Shown piece after piece: positions 1 through 8,807 of a stretch of 64,000 nt of DNA (within the stretch, counting starts at the first letter, position 1; every line of letters starts with the position of its first letter). The notes under the pieces were generated by a model. The model saw nothing but the letters and a program-made list of their open reading frames with translations. It ran no database searches and was not told where the DNA came from. The position numbers and the translations under genes were made by a program. Origin of the DNA: Defluviitaleaceae bacterium (lineage in GTDB: Bacteria > Bacillota > Clostridia > Lachnospirales > WRAX01). The stretch covers positions 2,926-66,925 of the forward strand of contig WQWB01000002.1 of assembly GCA_009785555.1 (NCBI GenBank). Direction: 5' to 3'.

Positions 1-207
1 TTTTGATTTTAATCCATCTATAAAATTGTCATCATTTTTTATGTAGCAAATTATAAAAGCCGCTTCGCAAATGTCAAATGCTTTTTTATAGACTTCATAT
101 ACATTTTCTTTCCCACACATAATCGCATATAATCTTGCGGAGGATAAAAAAAACTTCAGCTCTTTAATCGAATTCAAATATTCATTGCTTTGGCAAACAA
201 TACTCAT
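1..207 (-). CDS. Hypothetical protein, N-terminal part (runs off left edge); probable next gene of the LoaP operon
   Basis: Manual translation: ATG at 207, open frame MSIVCQSNEYLNSIKELKFFLSSARLYAIMCGKENVYEVYKKAFDICEAAFIICYIKNDDNFIDGLKSK to position 1; starts 21 nt after the carbamoyltransferase stop. Confidence 0.5.
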   Translation of the reverse strand, partial: MSIVCQSNEYLNSIKELKFFLSSARLYAIMCGKENVYEVYKKAFDICEAAFIICYIKNDDNFIDGLKSK

Positions 208-228
208 GACGAACCCCCATTCCGACGT

Positions 229-1938
229 CTAATTCTTATTTATTTTGTCAATAAAATAATCTTCTATGACAAGATAATGGATGCCGCTGTTCAAAAAACT
301 CTCGACCGCTTGCAAGGGGGTTTCCACAATGGGTTGACCTTTAATGTTGAATGATGTATTCAAAAGGATGGGAATCCCGGTTATTTTTTCAAAGGCTGAT
401 ATTAGTTCATAAAACACCTTGTTTTCGTCTCTTGAAACCGTTTGCAATCTGGCAGTTTGATCCACATGGGTAACGGCACCAAGCTTTTCCGCGTACTTTT
501 CTTTTACACTTGCAACATACAGCATAAAAGGATTGTCCTCAAAATCAGTATCAAAATACTCACTGACCTTTTCACGCAATACCGCCGGGGCAAAAGGCCG
601 GAACGGTTCGCGGAACTTGACAAGGTTATTTAATATATCCTTCATTTCGTTAGGCATCGGGTTGGCCAGTATGCTGCGGTGTCCTAATGCACGCGGCCCA
701 ATTTCCGAACCCTCGGTAAACCAGCCTATAATTTTGTTTTCCGCAAGCATTTTTGCCGTTTTTTCATACAACTGATCGGCCGGCATCTTACTCCACCTTA
801 AAACCCCGCTATATCTACTCAACGTCTGCTCTATCTCTACATTTGTATAGGCTCGACCAAGAAACGGATAAATAAAACGGCTGTTCATTTCATCTTTATT
901 GTTGTATTGATAATGTGCGTAAATAGCCGCACCATAAGCCAAGCCCGAATCTCCGGCAGCAGGGAAGATAAAAACGTCTTCAAACTTTGTCTTTTGTTTA
1001 ATTTTCCCGTTTAATACACTGTTCAATGCAACACCACCGCCGTAACTTAGACTCTTACAGCCCGTCTTTTCATATAAGTGATTTAATATACAAAAAACAA
1101 GCTCTTCTAAGATTACTTGACCTGTGCAAGCTATATCCGCCTTTGTTTTCAGAATATCAGAATAATATGCTTCTTTATTATTTTTAATAATATAAATCAA
1201 CTGATTATAAATTCCATTGATATCAATTTTGACAGCTATATCTTTTCCTTTTTCGCCAACTGTTATAAATTCTTTTATCCTGTCGTAGTAAATGGGCCTA
1301 CCGTAGGGTGCAAGCCCCATTGTTTTTCCTTCTTCAAGCAAATTGAATCCTATCATATATGTTATAAGGGAATAGAAATCGCCTATTGAGTTATCGGTAA
1401 GCGTTAGCCTGTCCATGCCGCTTTTATGCCTGAAATCATAAGGAAGATAGGCATATTTTTCATTTCTTGTACCCAAATAATCGGTATATAAATTTTCCTG
1501 CCCCCATATAGAATTAAAAATAGTGATTTTATTGTCTATTGCAAAGCCAAGCGAAATTGTGTTGGACTGTCCGTCCGAATAATGGTCTCCCGCACCATCC
1601 GCAACAAAAACTGCACTGTCTTTAAACCCAGAACCGTAATATGAAGCGGCGGCATGAGCCATATGGTGATTTACTCGCATAATATTAGCATAATATTCTC
1701 TATCCGCGAAAGCCGCCATACCCCATTGGTTGTTTGATACAATAATACCAATATCATCAATCGACAACCCGTTGGCATCTAAACAATACTGTATTCCCCC
1801 AAGTAAGGCCGACCTCAGCCCGCCACTGTGTTTTTCACGTGATACGCGTTCTTCCTCAATATATGTTATTATTTTTTTATCTTTTAGTAAACAATATGAA
1901 AAATCATGCTGTGAACCACCAATACCTAATATGTACAT
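229..1938 (-). CDS. Carbamoyltransferase, NodU/CmcH/TobZ family
   Basis: Motifs MYILGI..HD, EEERVSREKH, HHMAHAAASYY, DGAGD, EGKTMGLAPYG, GGVALN, GDSG, GPRALGHRSIL, KFREPFRPFAP, THVDQTARLQTV, LNTSFN. Confidence 0.95.
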   Translation of the reverse strand: MYILGIGGSQHDFSYCLLKDKKIITYIEEERVSREKHSGGLRSALLGGIQYCLDANGLSIDDIGIIVSNNQWGMAAFADREYYANIMRVNHHMAHAAASYYGSGFKDSAVFVADGAGDHYSDGQSNTISLGFAIDNKITIFNSIWGQENLYTDYLGTRNEKYAYLPYDFRHKSGMDRLTLTDNSIGDFYSLITYMIGFNLLEEGKTMGLAPYGRPIYYDRIKEFITVGEKGKDIAVKIDINGIYNQLIYIIKNNKEAYYSDILKTKADIACTGQVILEELVFCILNHLYEKTGCKSLSYGGGVALNSVLNGKIKQKTKFEDVFIFPAAGDSGLAYGAAIYAHYQYNNKDEMNSRFIYPFLGRAYTNVEIEQTLSRYSGVLRWSKMPADQLYEKTAKMLAENKIIGWFTEGSEIGPRALGHRSILANPMPNEMKDILNNLVKFREPFRPFAPAVLREKVSEYFDTDFEDNPFMLYVASVKEKYAEKLGAVTHVDQTARLQTVSRDENKVFYELISAFEKITGIPILLNTSFNIKGQPIVETPLQAVESFLNSGIHYLVIEDYFIDKINKN

Positions 1939-2189
1939 TAATAACCACCTTCTCTAAATTTAATTACATACTCAACCAGATCGTCTAAACCAAAATCATT
2001 GCCGAGAACCAAATATTCGTCATCAAAATAAATTCCATATTCTCTTTCAATTTCAACCAGTACTTTTAAGAATGCAATTGAATTAATCTGATACTGAACA
2101 AATGGCTCATCAAAATCTGTATCTTCGGGCATATCACCTGTATATATAAACTTGGAAATCATAAAATCTTTAAGTTCTTTATGTTGCAT
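1938..2189 (-). CDS. Acyl carrier protein (phosphopantetheine-binding)
   Basis: 83 aa, acidic, INSIAFLKVLVEIEREYGIYFDDE with a Ser at the start of helix II as in ACPs; stop overlaps next start. Confidence 0.8.
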   Translation of the reverse strand: MQHKELKDFMISKFIYTGDMPEDTDFDEPFVQYQINSIAFLKVLVEIEREYGIYFDDEYLVLGNDFGLDDLVEYVIKFREGGY

Positions 2190-2205
2190 AAAAGCTCCCT
2201 TTCCT

Positions 2206-3369
2206 TTAAGTTAGATTTTTTATAAGTACGCCGCTTCCTATCCCGCCGCCGCCACAAAGTACAGCCACTCCATAAGCAACCGAATTTCTTTTTAGATGAT
2301 GCAATAAAGTAATGCAAATACGCAGGCCAGTACTGCCCAGAGGGTGTCCCAGCGGTATACTTCCACCTCCAATATTGATAATTTCTGGATTCCACTTGCT
2401 TTGTTTCAAACATATGCACATTTGCGCAGCATACGCTTCATTGCATTCTATCAAATCTATGTCGTCTTCTTTGATTCCCGAAATATCCAATAATTTGTTA
2501 AACGCTTTGTGGGGTGCAAGACATATACTACCCGGGTCTACACCAATAACTACAGATGAGATTATCTCGGCTTCCGGCTGTATTCCATATTTTTCACATG
2601 CTCGTTCTGACATCAAAAGCACCGCACTTGCTCCGTCGTTTATGGACGTTGCATTTTTCTTTGTTATTGTGCCATCCTCACAAAACAACGGAACGTTCTT
2701 TTCAGAATCCAATAAATGTTTGTAAAACTGTATGTGTTCATCTTCATTAAAAATTGTATTGTCTGCAAGCCTAACAGGCTCTATCTCATCCTTAAACCAT
2801 CCATTTTTTTGTGCATATCTCGCTTTTTCATAGCTCTTCACAGAGTAATCATCCTGTTTATTTCTGCTGATGCCATACTCTCGTGCGGCTGTTTCTACAG
2901 CTAAGCCAATATTGTCTAAATAGCTCGCATCCCTTAAATCATTTAGCGTTTTTGTACTGTTTTTTATATTCATATAGGCATTTTTCAAAGAATACGGCGA
3001 CTGGCTCATGTTTTCTGTTCCACCAACCAAAATAACATCAGCAGCACCGATAATTATATTGCGGCTTGCAATTATTAAAGCTTCCATGGAGGATGCGCAA
3101 GTCCTGCCGATACATACCGCGGGTATATTTGCCGGTATGCCTGCTGATACCAATGCTTTTTTGGCATAGCTGTGCGGTTCTTGAGAAAAGCAACAACCTG
3201 CAACAAAATCATTTAGCTCTGCGCCTATCTTCCTGCCAGGTATATCTGCTTTATTTAGCAGCGCCCTCACTGCTTCCGCCAAAATATCTTTCTCAGCCAT
3301 ATTTGATAAAGACCCTGCCGGACTTCCTATAGGGGTCCGGCAGCATTTGGCCATATATACTTTTTGCAT
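2206..3369 (-). CDS. Thiolase (acetyl-CoA C-acyltransferase family)
   Basis: RTPIG, RTCASS (catalytic Cys), GGTENMS, NDGASAVLLMS, NEAYA, GHPLGSTG (His), LCGGGG (second Cys). Confidence 0.93.
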   Translation of the reverse strand: MQKVYMAKCCRTPIGSPAGSLSNMAEKDILAEAVRALLNKADIPGRKIGAELNDFVAGCCFSQEPHSYAKKALVSAGIPANIPAVCIGRTCASSMEALIIASRNIIIGAADVILVGGTENMSQSPYSLKNAYMNIKNSTKTLNDLRDASYLDNIGLAVETAAREYGISRNKQDDYSVKSYEKARYAQKNGWFKDEIEPVRLADNTIFNEDEHIQFYKHLLDSEKNVPLFCEDGTITKKNATSINDGASAVLLMSERACEKYGIQPEAEIISSVVIGVDPGSICLAPHKAFNKLLDISGIKEDDIDLIECNEAYAAQMCICLKQSKWNPEIINIGGGSIPLGHPLGSTGLRICITLLHHLKRNSVAYGVAVLCGGGGIGSGVLIKNLT

Positions 3370-3401
3370 TTAATACCACCTTGTACTTAAGAAATTACAC
3401 C

Positions 3402-4319
3402 CTACATTGCGTTTTCAATTATTTCAACAGCTTGAATCAAACATTTTTTTTCCTTCAACCAAACAGCATCAATCTTTTGGATTATTCTTTCCCTCATAAT
3501 TTTTGTTTCTCCCCAAAGTACGCATTTCAAAAAATTATTTTTTAGATTTTTCCATGCAGTTTCCAGCTCCCTCATCTCATTTGCAAACATTAAAAAAGTT
3601 TCTCCGCCAACATAATTTTCTATAAAACATGTATATAAATACCTGGAGCCGGAAATTATATAACCTACCATCGAATCTAAATCAGAGACCCATGCTCCGC
3701 CGCTTACATTTGAAGAATATTCCGCCGCAATCGATTCTGCCAAACTAACCTTTTCCTTAAATATTTCAAATTGCAAATCAACATTATATTGCAATATTTT
3801 ATTGTATGATAATATCAATGCATATAGCTTATCAGGTTTAACAAGGGTTTTAGGGGTATTCATATAGTGCATTTTTGTTATTTTCAAATTATTGGCGTAT
3901 ATTTTTTGAACTTTATCGCTATATGTCGGGTCAACCACGGTTGCAATATCATCTTTTATCGATTCAATCACAATAACATGATCATTTGTTATATTATATC
4001 TTGGAATCCATTCAAAATTATTGCAAGAAAGTTCAACCATTATAGGTCCTTGATTTTCTATCAATTTCTTAAGTCCGTCTATGCCACTATAATCTGCAGA
4101 TATAAATCGTATGCCAAATATCTTTGAAATTTCTTCTTCTATATTATCATGAAAAGCCCTTAGACAGCCTCCTATAGTATCTGCTCTTGCTTCATCATAA
4201 GCAAATGTAAAAAACGAATGAAAACACAGGGCATAATCAACCCTTTTTTTACTTAGTAAATACATCAAGCAAGCTCCTGTACAACCCAACCCTCTTAACG
4301 ATACCATTGTTCCCTCCAA
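3402..4319 (-). CDS. BtrH-like protein (papain/C39-like fold, putative ACP-dependent acyltransferase)
   Basis: N-terminal Cys (GLGCTGAC), PIMVELSCNNFEWIPRY...DHVIVI...VVDP pattern resembling BtrH_N proteins; co-operonic with an ACP. Confidence 0.55.
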   Translation of the reverse strand: MEGTMVSLRGLGCTGACLMYLLSKKRVDYALCFHSFFTFAYDEARADTIGGCLRAFHDNIEEEISKIFGIRFISADYSGIDGLKKLIENQGPIMVELSCNNFEWIPRYNITNDHVIVIESIKDDIATVVDPTYSDKVQKIYANNLKITKMHYMNTPKTLVKPDKLYALILSYNKILQYNVDLQFEIFKEKVSLAESIAAEYSSNVSGGAWVSDLDSMVGYIISGSRYLYTCFIENYVGGETFLMFANEMRELETAWKNLKNNFLKCVLWGETKIMRERIIQKIDAVWLKEKKCLIQAVEIIENAM

Positions 4320-4328
4320 AGCTATCTA

Positions 4329-5282
4329 TCATCTGTAGAATCTTTCCTTCATTTTTTTAACACTCAGATAATTTTCTATATAATCTTTAACCGCTTGGGA
4401 AATTTCGCTAAATTGCTTTTTATAACCAATGTCCTGTAATTTTTTTAGGTCTGCGCATGTATACACTTGATAACTTTCAGATACTTCTGGCGGTAATTGC
4501 GAAAAAGAAATTTCACATTCTTTATTTAATAAAGAACTTACCATTTCTACTATATTGAGAAACGGCGTGGTTACACCTGTACCAACATTATAAATGCCGT
4601 TAAATTGCTTGTTGCATATAAAATACCATATTACATCCAAAACGTCATTTATATAAATAAAATCTCTTCTTTGTAATCCTTTTTGGTACTGACCATTAAC
4701 ATCATAAAGAATTATTTTGCTATGCCGCGAAACAGATTGGTATACATGATAAATAAAACTAGCCATATTCTGCTTATGATATTCATTAGGCCCAAAGACA
4801 TTGAAAAGCCTTAATCCAACCCACTGAGGCGGAGTAGCCTTTGCAGTCAAAACATATCTGTCCAGCAAAACTTTTGAAAGCGCATATGGACTAGAAGGCT
4901 CTGTTTCGGCATCTTCCACGAAGTTTTGCAGAGAACCGTAAACCGAAGCTGAGCTTGCATATATAAACCTAACGCTATGTTTTCTGCACCATTCAAATAA
5001 TTCTGTACTGTACATATAATTGTTTTGGAAGATGCCGTCTACGTCCGTGTTTGTAGTAGAACTATATGCTCCAAGGTGTACAATCACACTGCCGGCAGGA
5101 GGTTTTATGGCTAATATTTTTGCTTTATCCATTATCATATTAAATTTTAAATTCAGTAAGTTCTTCCATTTTTCGCCTATTAGTCTGTCTTCAACAACAC
5201 AAATATCATTAATACCCATTTTGTTTAAAAATTTTACTAAGCAGCTTCCAATAAAACCTGCTCCACCTGTTATGAAATACAA
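4329..5282 (-). CDS. hldD: ADP-L-glycero-D-manno-heptose 6-epimerase
   Basis: ITGGAGFIGS, HLGAYSSTT, YASSASVYG, YALSK, GLRLFNVFGPNEYHKQNMAS, RDFIYINDV, GIYNVGTG; TTG start after GGAGGTGA RBS. Confidence 0.88.
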   Translation of the reverse strand: MYFITGGAGFIGSCLVKFLNKMGINDICVVEDRLIGEKWKNLLNLKFNMIMDKAKILAIKPPAGSVIVHLGAYSSTTNTDVDGIFQNNYMYSTELFEWCRKHSVRFIYASSASVYGSLQNFVEDAETEPSSPYALSKVLLDRYVLTAKATPPQWVGLRLFNVFGPNEYHKQNMASFIYHVYQSVSRHSKIILYDVNGQYQKGLQRRDFIYINDVLDVIWYFICNKQFNGIYNVGTGVTTPFLNIVEMVSSLLNKECEISFSQLPPEVSESYQVYTCADLKKLQDIGYKKQFSEISQAVKDYIENYLSVKKMKERFYR

Positions 5283-5346
5283 AAAATCACCTCCATGCCG
5301 AAAGCGGCAATAATTCTAAATTATTACTCCATAGAGTTTTATAAAG

Positions 5347-5388
5347 GCTTGCGCGATGCCTAGCTCTGCTTTGAAATAATTCCTCTAT
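5347..5388. repeat. Truncated, degenerate copy of the three-hairpin MITE-like element
   Basis: gcttgcgcgatgcctagctctgctttgaaataattcctctata resembles 53332-53362 joined to the element end attcctctata. Confidence 0.55.
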
Positions 5389-5399
5389 ATTAAATAAAC

Positions 5400-5924
5400 C
5401 TAATTTCTAATAATCTCGTCCGCTAAATCAGCAATCGTAAAAGCAGATCCAACTTGAAAAACTCTTTTAAATTTAATACTTAAACCTATATCAATATCGC
5501 TTTTTTTATCACCGATTAGATACGATGATAAAAAATCAATATTGTAGTCCTTGCCTGCCTTGTAAATCAATCCAGGTTTTGGTTTTCTGCAATCACAATC
5601 TATACTGTACGGCAGTACAGTACCTAACGGATAAGGAAGGTGCGGGCAGATATAAAAAGCGTCGATACTTGTGTTTTCCAGAGTTTTTAACCGGCAATTC
5701 AACGCGTCGTTAAACTGTTTCACGTCACTTAAAGTGCAGTAACCCCTAGCTACACCGGATTGATTTGTTACAACTATCAATAAAAAACCCGCGTCCTTTA
5801 ACTTTTTCAAGGCCTGCGGTACATTTTTTATAAACATTAAATCAGAAACATTCCATGTGTATCCCGTATCAATATTAATTGTGCCGTCCCGGTCGAGGAA
5901 AATAGCACTATTCTGTAATTTCAT
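5400..5924 (-). CDS. gmhB: D-glycero-D-manno-heptose 1,7-bisphosphate phosphatase (HAD IIIA)
   Basis: FLDRDGTIN, VVTNQSGVARG, CPH..CDCRKPKPG, IGDKKSDI. Confidence 0.92.
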   Translation of the reverse strand: MKLQNSAIFLDRDGTINIDTGYTWNVSDLMFIKNVPQALKKLKDAGFLLIVVTNQSGVARGYCTLSDVKQFNDALNCRLKTLENTSIDAFYICPHLPYPLGTVLPYSIDCDCRKPKPGLIYKAGKDYNIDFLSSYLIGDKKSDIDIGLSIKFKRVFQVGSAFTIADLADEIIRN

Positions 5925-6480
5925 TTTCCAGAGCCTCTATTAGAATGTGAAATAACGAAATCGTCATTTCTTGTATTACCTGCGTATTATCAGATGGTAT
6001 TTTAAGTATATTGTCAACTATTCCGCTTGCCTCCCCGTCTTTTGAACCTGTTATCAAATAATTCTGAATACCCAATGCTTGTGCAGTTTGTATGGCTATA
6101 ACAATATTTTTAGAATTTCCGCTGGTACTAAGAGCAATAAGCAAATCATTCTTACTTCCGTAAGCCTCAATCTGACGCCTGAAAACGTCATCGTAGGAAT
6201 AGTCATTGCTTAGGCATGTTAAAACAGAAATATCGCTGCACAATGCCAGTGCCGGCCATGCGCCCCTATCAACAGTCAAGCGCCCTACAAATTCGCTCGT
6301 TATATGAAGGCAATCTGCCGCACTACCTCCGTTACCGCACAAAAGCAACTTGCCTCCCAATGACAATGCAAACAATATAGAATGGTATAGATTCTGCACT
6401 TCTTTATGCATTGCCGCGTTACCCAGAATATTTGAATATACAGCACCTCGCGCGTCAAGCATTTCAATTATCTTCGCCAT
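5908..6480 (-). CDS. gmhA: Sedoheptulose-7-phosphate isomerase (SIS domain)
   Basis: CGNGGSAADCLHITSEFVGR, NDYSYDDVFRRQ, LSTSGNSKN, IQE. Confidence 0.92.
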   Translation of the reverse strand: MAKIIEMLDARGAVYSNILGNAAMHKEVQNLYHSILFALSLGGKLLLCGNGGSAADCLHITSEFVGRLTVDRGAWPALALCSDISVLTCLSNDYSYDDVFRRQIEAYGSKNDLLIALSTSGNSKNIVIAIQTAQALGIQNYLITGSKDGEASGIVDNILKIPSDNTQVIQEMTISLFHILIEALENEITE

Positions 6481-6586
6481 GCAAATACCCTTCTTTCGTA
6501 TTTTTTATACTACAAAAGTTCTAGTTAGAAACAAAGTTCTTAACTGCAAAAATTAAAAAATTACAATTGAAAATAAGATACCGTTC

Positions 6587-7579
6587 TTAGCCGAAATAGC
6601 TATAATAATCAATAATATCTGTTTTTGAAACTGTTGCAGTACCCATTTTTGATACACTTATACCTGCGACAAAAGACGCAAAGTTTCCTGCCTTGATAAC
6701 ATCTGTTCCAGAGGCGCAAGCAACAGCAAGAGCAGCCAAAGTTGTATCGCCTGCCCCGGTTACATCTGCAACAGCTTCACCAAAAGGCGGTATGATTTTT
6801 AAGCCTGTATCCTTTCCAAAAATGACACCACCATTTTTACCCGTCGTCACATATATGTAGTTAAAACTTCCTTCCTCCAAAACTGTTTTACATATATCTG
6901 ACAGCATTTCCAAATCATCAGCCGAAACATTATGCCCAGTAAATTCAGAAAGCTCTTTCAGGTTCGGCTTGATCATGTAAGCACCGGAATATTTGTAAAA
7001 ATCAGATTTAGGATCGACTATAATTTTCTTGCCTTTTCCGATAAATAAATCAATTATTTTTTCTATAAGCGAACGTTTACAGAATCCTTTTTTATAATCG
7101 GATACAACGAGCAAGTCATACAATTCTATATTTTTACTAATTAAATCAAAAACCTTTGTTTCTGCCATTTCGTCAATGACGCATATATATTCATTATCAA
7201 TCCTTAACAGAGGGTGACCGCTTGCAACCAGCCTTGTTTTTTTTGTGGTTGGCCTGTCATTGACTGTCAATAAATACTCACAGGGGTTATTTAAACTGTT
7301 TAACATGGCGGCTATATCCATGCCATCCTTGTCATTTCCGACTACACCGCACAAATGCGCATTTACTCCCAATGATTTTATGTTGTTGAAGACATTAGCT
7401 GCCCCGCCCAACCGAAATTCACATTCAACAGGTAAAAATACAGGAACTGGTGCTTCAGGCGACAATCTTTCAGCTTTGCCGAATATATATTTATCACAAA
7501 TGATATCACCTAAAACTAACATGGTGCAACTTTCTAGACTATCATCATATATATCCTCTATAAATACCATACTATCCAA
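6587..7579 (-). CDS. D-glycero-D-manno-heptose-7-phosphate kinase (HldE/RfaE domain I only, PfkB family)
   Basis: GDIICDKYIFGKAERLSPEAPVPV, GGAANV, RPTTKKTR, SDYKKG, VDPK, KPNLKE, DVTGAGDT; 330 aa with no nucleotidyltransferase domain. Confidence 0.9.
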   Translation of the reverse strand: MDSMVFIEDIYDDSLESCTMLVLGDIICDKYIFGKAERLSPEAPVPVFLPVECEFRLGGAANVFNNIKSLGVNAHLCGVVGNDKDGMDIAAMLNSLNNPCEYLLTVNDRPTTKKTRLVASGHPLLRIDNEYICVIDEMAETKVFDLISKNIELYDLLVVSDYKKGFCKRSLIEKIIDLFIGKGKKIIVDPKSDFYKYSGAYMIKPNLKELSEFTGHNVSADDLEMLSDICKTVLEEGSFNYIYVTTGKNGGVIFGKDTGLKIIPPFGEAVADVTGAGDTTLAALAVACASGTDVIKAGNFASFVAGISVSKMGTATVSKTDIIDYYSYFG

Positions 7580-7615
7580 TTATGCCCTTCATTGATTCAC
7601 ACTAAGTGTCTTATT

Positions 7616-8176
7616 TTAATGCCGATTTGGTACCTTACTGATAATCTCTAAGCCGACTTTCATTTCACATACCCGACCCATCATCCTGACCTCAACAACC
7701 GCCTCTGATTTATGCCGGTATATTTTTTTTATTTGACTTTCAAATCCTTTTAACGGACCTTTTGTTATCACCACTAAATCATTTTCAATAAATCCCTGCG
7801 ACATCTCAATACAATACTTATTATTGTATAACCTCATAAAACTTTTCCGTTCATCATTCATCATTTCAAAGCCAGAACAATTTTCGCTACCACATTCATT
7901 TCCATGTCTAAGCAGTTTAAACGTATTTTGTGACAGAAGGATAAACGGCTTTATGGTTAAATAGAAATCCTTTCCTTCGAATATCGTTTCAATGAAAACG
8001 TATCCGGGGAAAGTTTCCTTTTTTTCTAATTTCATCATGCCATTTTTTTTGAAATAAGTGTCATACATTGGTATAAACGGCTGTAAACCGTCAATCTTCC
8101 AAACTTGCGATATCTTGTAAGCAGTTTGCTGTTCATAACCCGTTTTCACGAATAATACATACAAGTGCATTTCCAT
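7616..8176 (-). CDS. loaP: LoaP-type transcription antiterminator (NusG paralog)
   Basis: YVLFVKTGYE, FIP, FPGYVFIE, S.GFIENDLVVITKGPLKGFESQIKKIYRHKSEA, KVGLEII; first gene of a long operon. Confidence 0.88.
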   Translation of the reverse strand: MEMHLYVLFVKTGYEQQTAYKISQVWKIDGLQPFIPMYDTYFKKNGMMKLEKKETFPGYVFIETIFEGKDFYLTIKPFILLSQNTFKLLRHGNECGSENCSGFEMMNDERKSFMRLYNNKYCIEMSQGFIENDLVVITKGPLKGFESQIKKIYRHKSEAVVEVRMMGRVCEMKVGLEIISKVPNRH

Positions 8177-8371
8177 TCCATCTCCTTATTTAAGGCGCAT
8201 GACTCAATTTGGCATAGCTTCGCCCTTCCCGTCTGCCTTTGGCTTTACAGCATACAGGTTAATGCGTCAAATATATAATCCTAGCCTAATCCGCCGCGAC
8301 CCTCCGACGTCCGGTTTTAAGCAAGTGTTTCAACTATACTTTATACTTTTTTACTAAAAAATAAAACCATC
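8177..8371 (-). promoter_or_regulatory. Long 5' leader of loaP with a GC-rich structured core (candidate cis-acting antitermination RNA)
   Basis: ~190 nt between the predicted TSS and loaP; GC-rich core in AT-rich surroundings with mini-hairpins GCCAAAGGC and GGCGAAGCT. Confidence 0.5.
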
Positions 8372-8377
8372 TTTAGT

Positions 8378-8406
8378 ATTTTATTAATATACACTATGGT
8401 TGTCAA
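8378..8406 (-). promoter_or_regulatory. Sigma-A promoter of the loaP operon
   Basis: Minus strand TTGACA-17 nt-TAAAAT. Confidence 0.8.
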
Positions 8407-8465
8407 TAAAAGCAAGTTACAAAGTGTTTTAATTTCATACTTATTTATGATATGATTTTTACGAG

Positions 8466-8807
8466 GTGAGGAAATTGAATAAAAAAAAGATAGAATTTAA
8501 TGAATTTGATATTGCAGTTGGCAGCCGGATTCGAAGCCAACGTGAGAAACTTGGATATTCAAGAGAAAAACTTGCTGAGTTTGCAGATATGAGTATTAAT
8601 TATCTTGGAGAAGTTGAAAGAGGCGTCAGAAAAATATCGGCATATAAGCTGGCTCGCCTATCTGTAGCTCTTGGCGTTACAACCGATTATCTTTTATTTT
8701 CTGTAAGGCATGGTGAAAAATATGAACCATCGATAAACTTTTTACGTGTTGAGTTTGAAAGTATTATTGAAAAATTTATTAAAGTAGTTGGATTTGAAGA
8801 ACATTAA
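8466..8807 (+). CDS. XRE-family HTH transcriptional regulator, divergent from loaP
   Basis: GSRIRSQREKLGYSREKLAE..SINYLGEVERG..LGVTTDYLLF. Confidence 0.88.
   Translation: MRKLNKKKIEFNEFDIAVGSRIRSQREKLGYSREKLAEFADMSINYLGEVERGVRKISAYKLARLSVALGVTTDYLLFSVRHGEKYEPSINFLRVEFESIIEKFIKVVGFEEH

Noticed and set aside
1831-1846. parS-like sequence tttttcacgtgatacg
   Set aside because: Three mismatches to the consensus and explained by codons of the conserved ERVSREKH motif.
4329-7579. Heptose genes as evidence of LPS or contamination from a Gram-negative genome
   Set aside because: No lipid A, Kdo or heptosyltransferase genes are visible, the operon is led by Firmicute-type LoaP, and it carries a remnant of the host's own repeat. 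A chimeric assembly cannot be fully excluded without reads.
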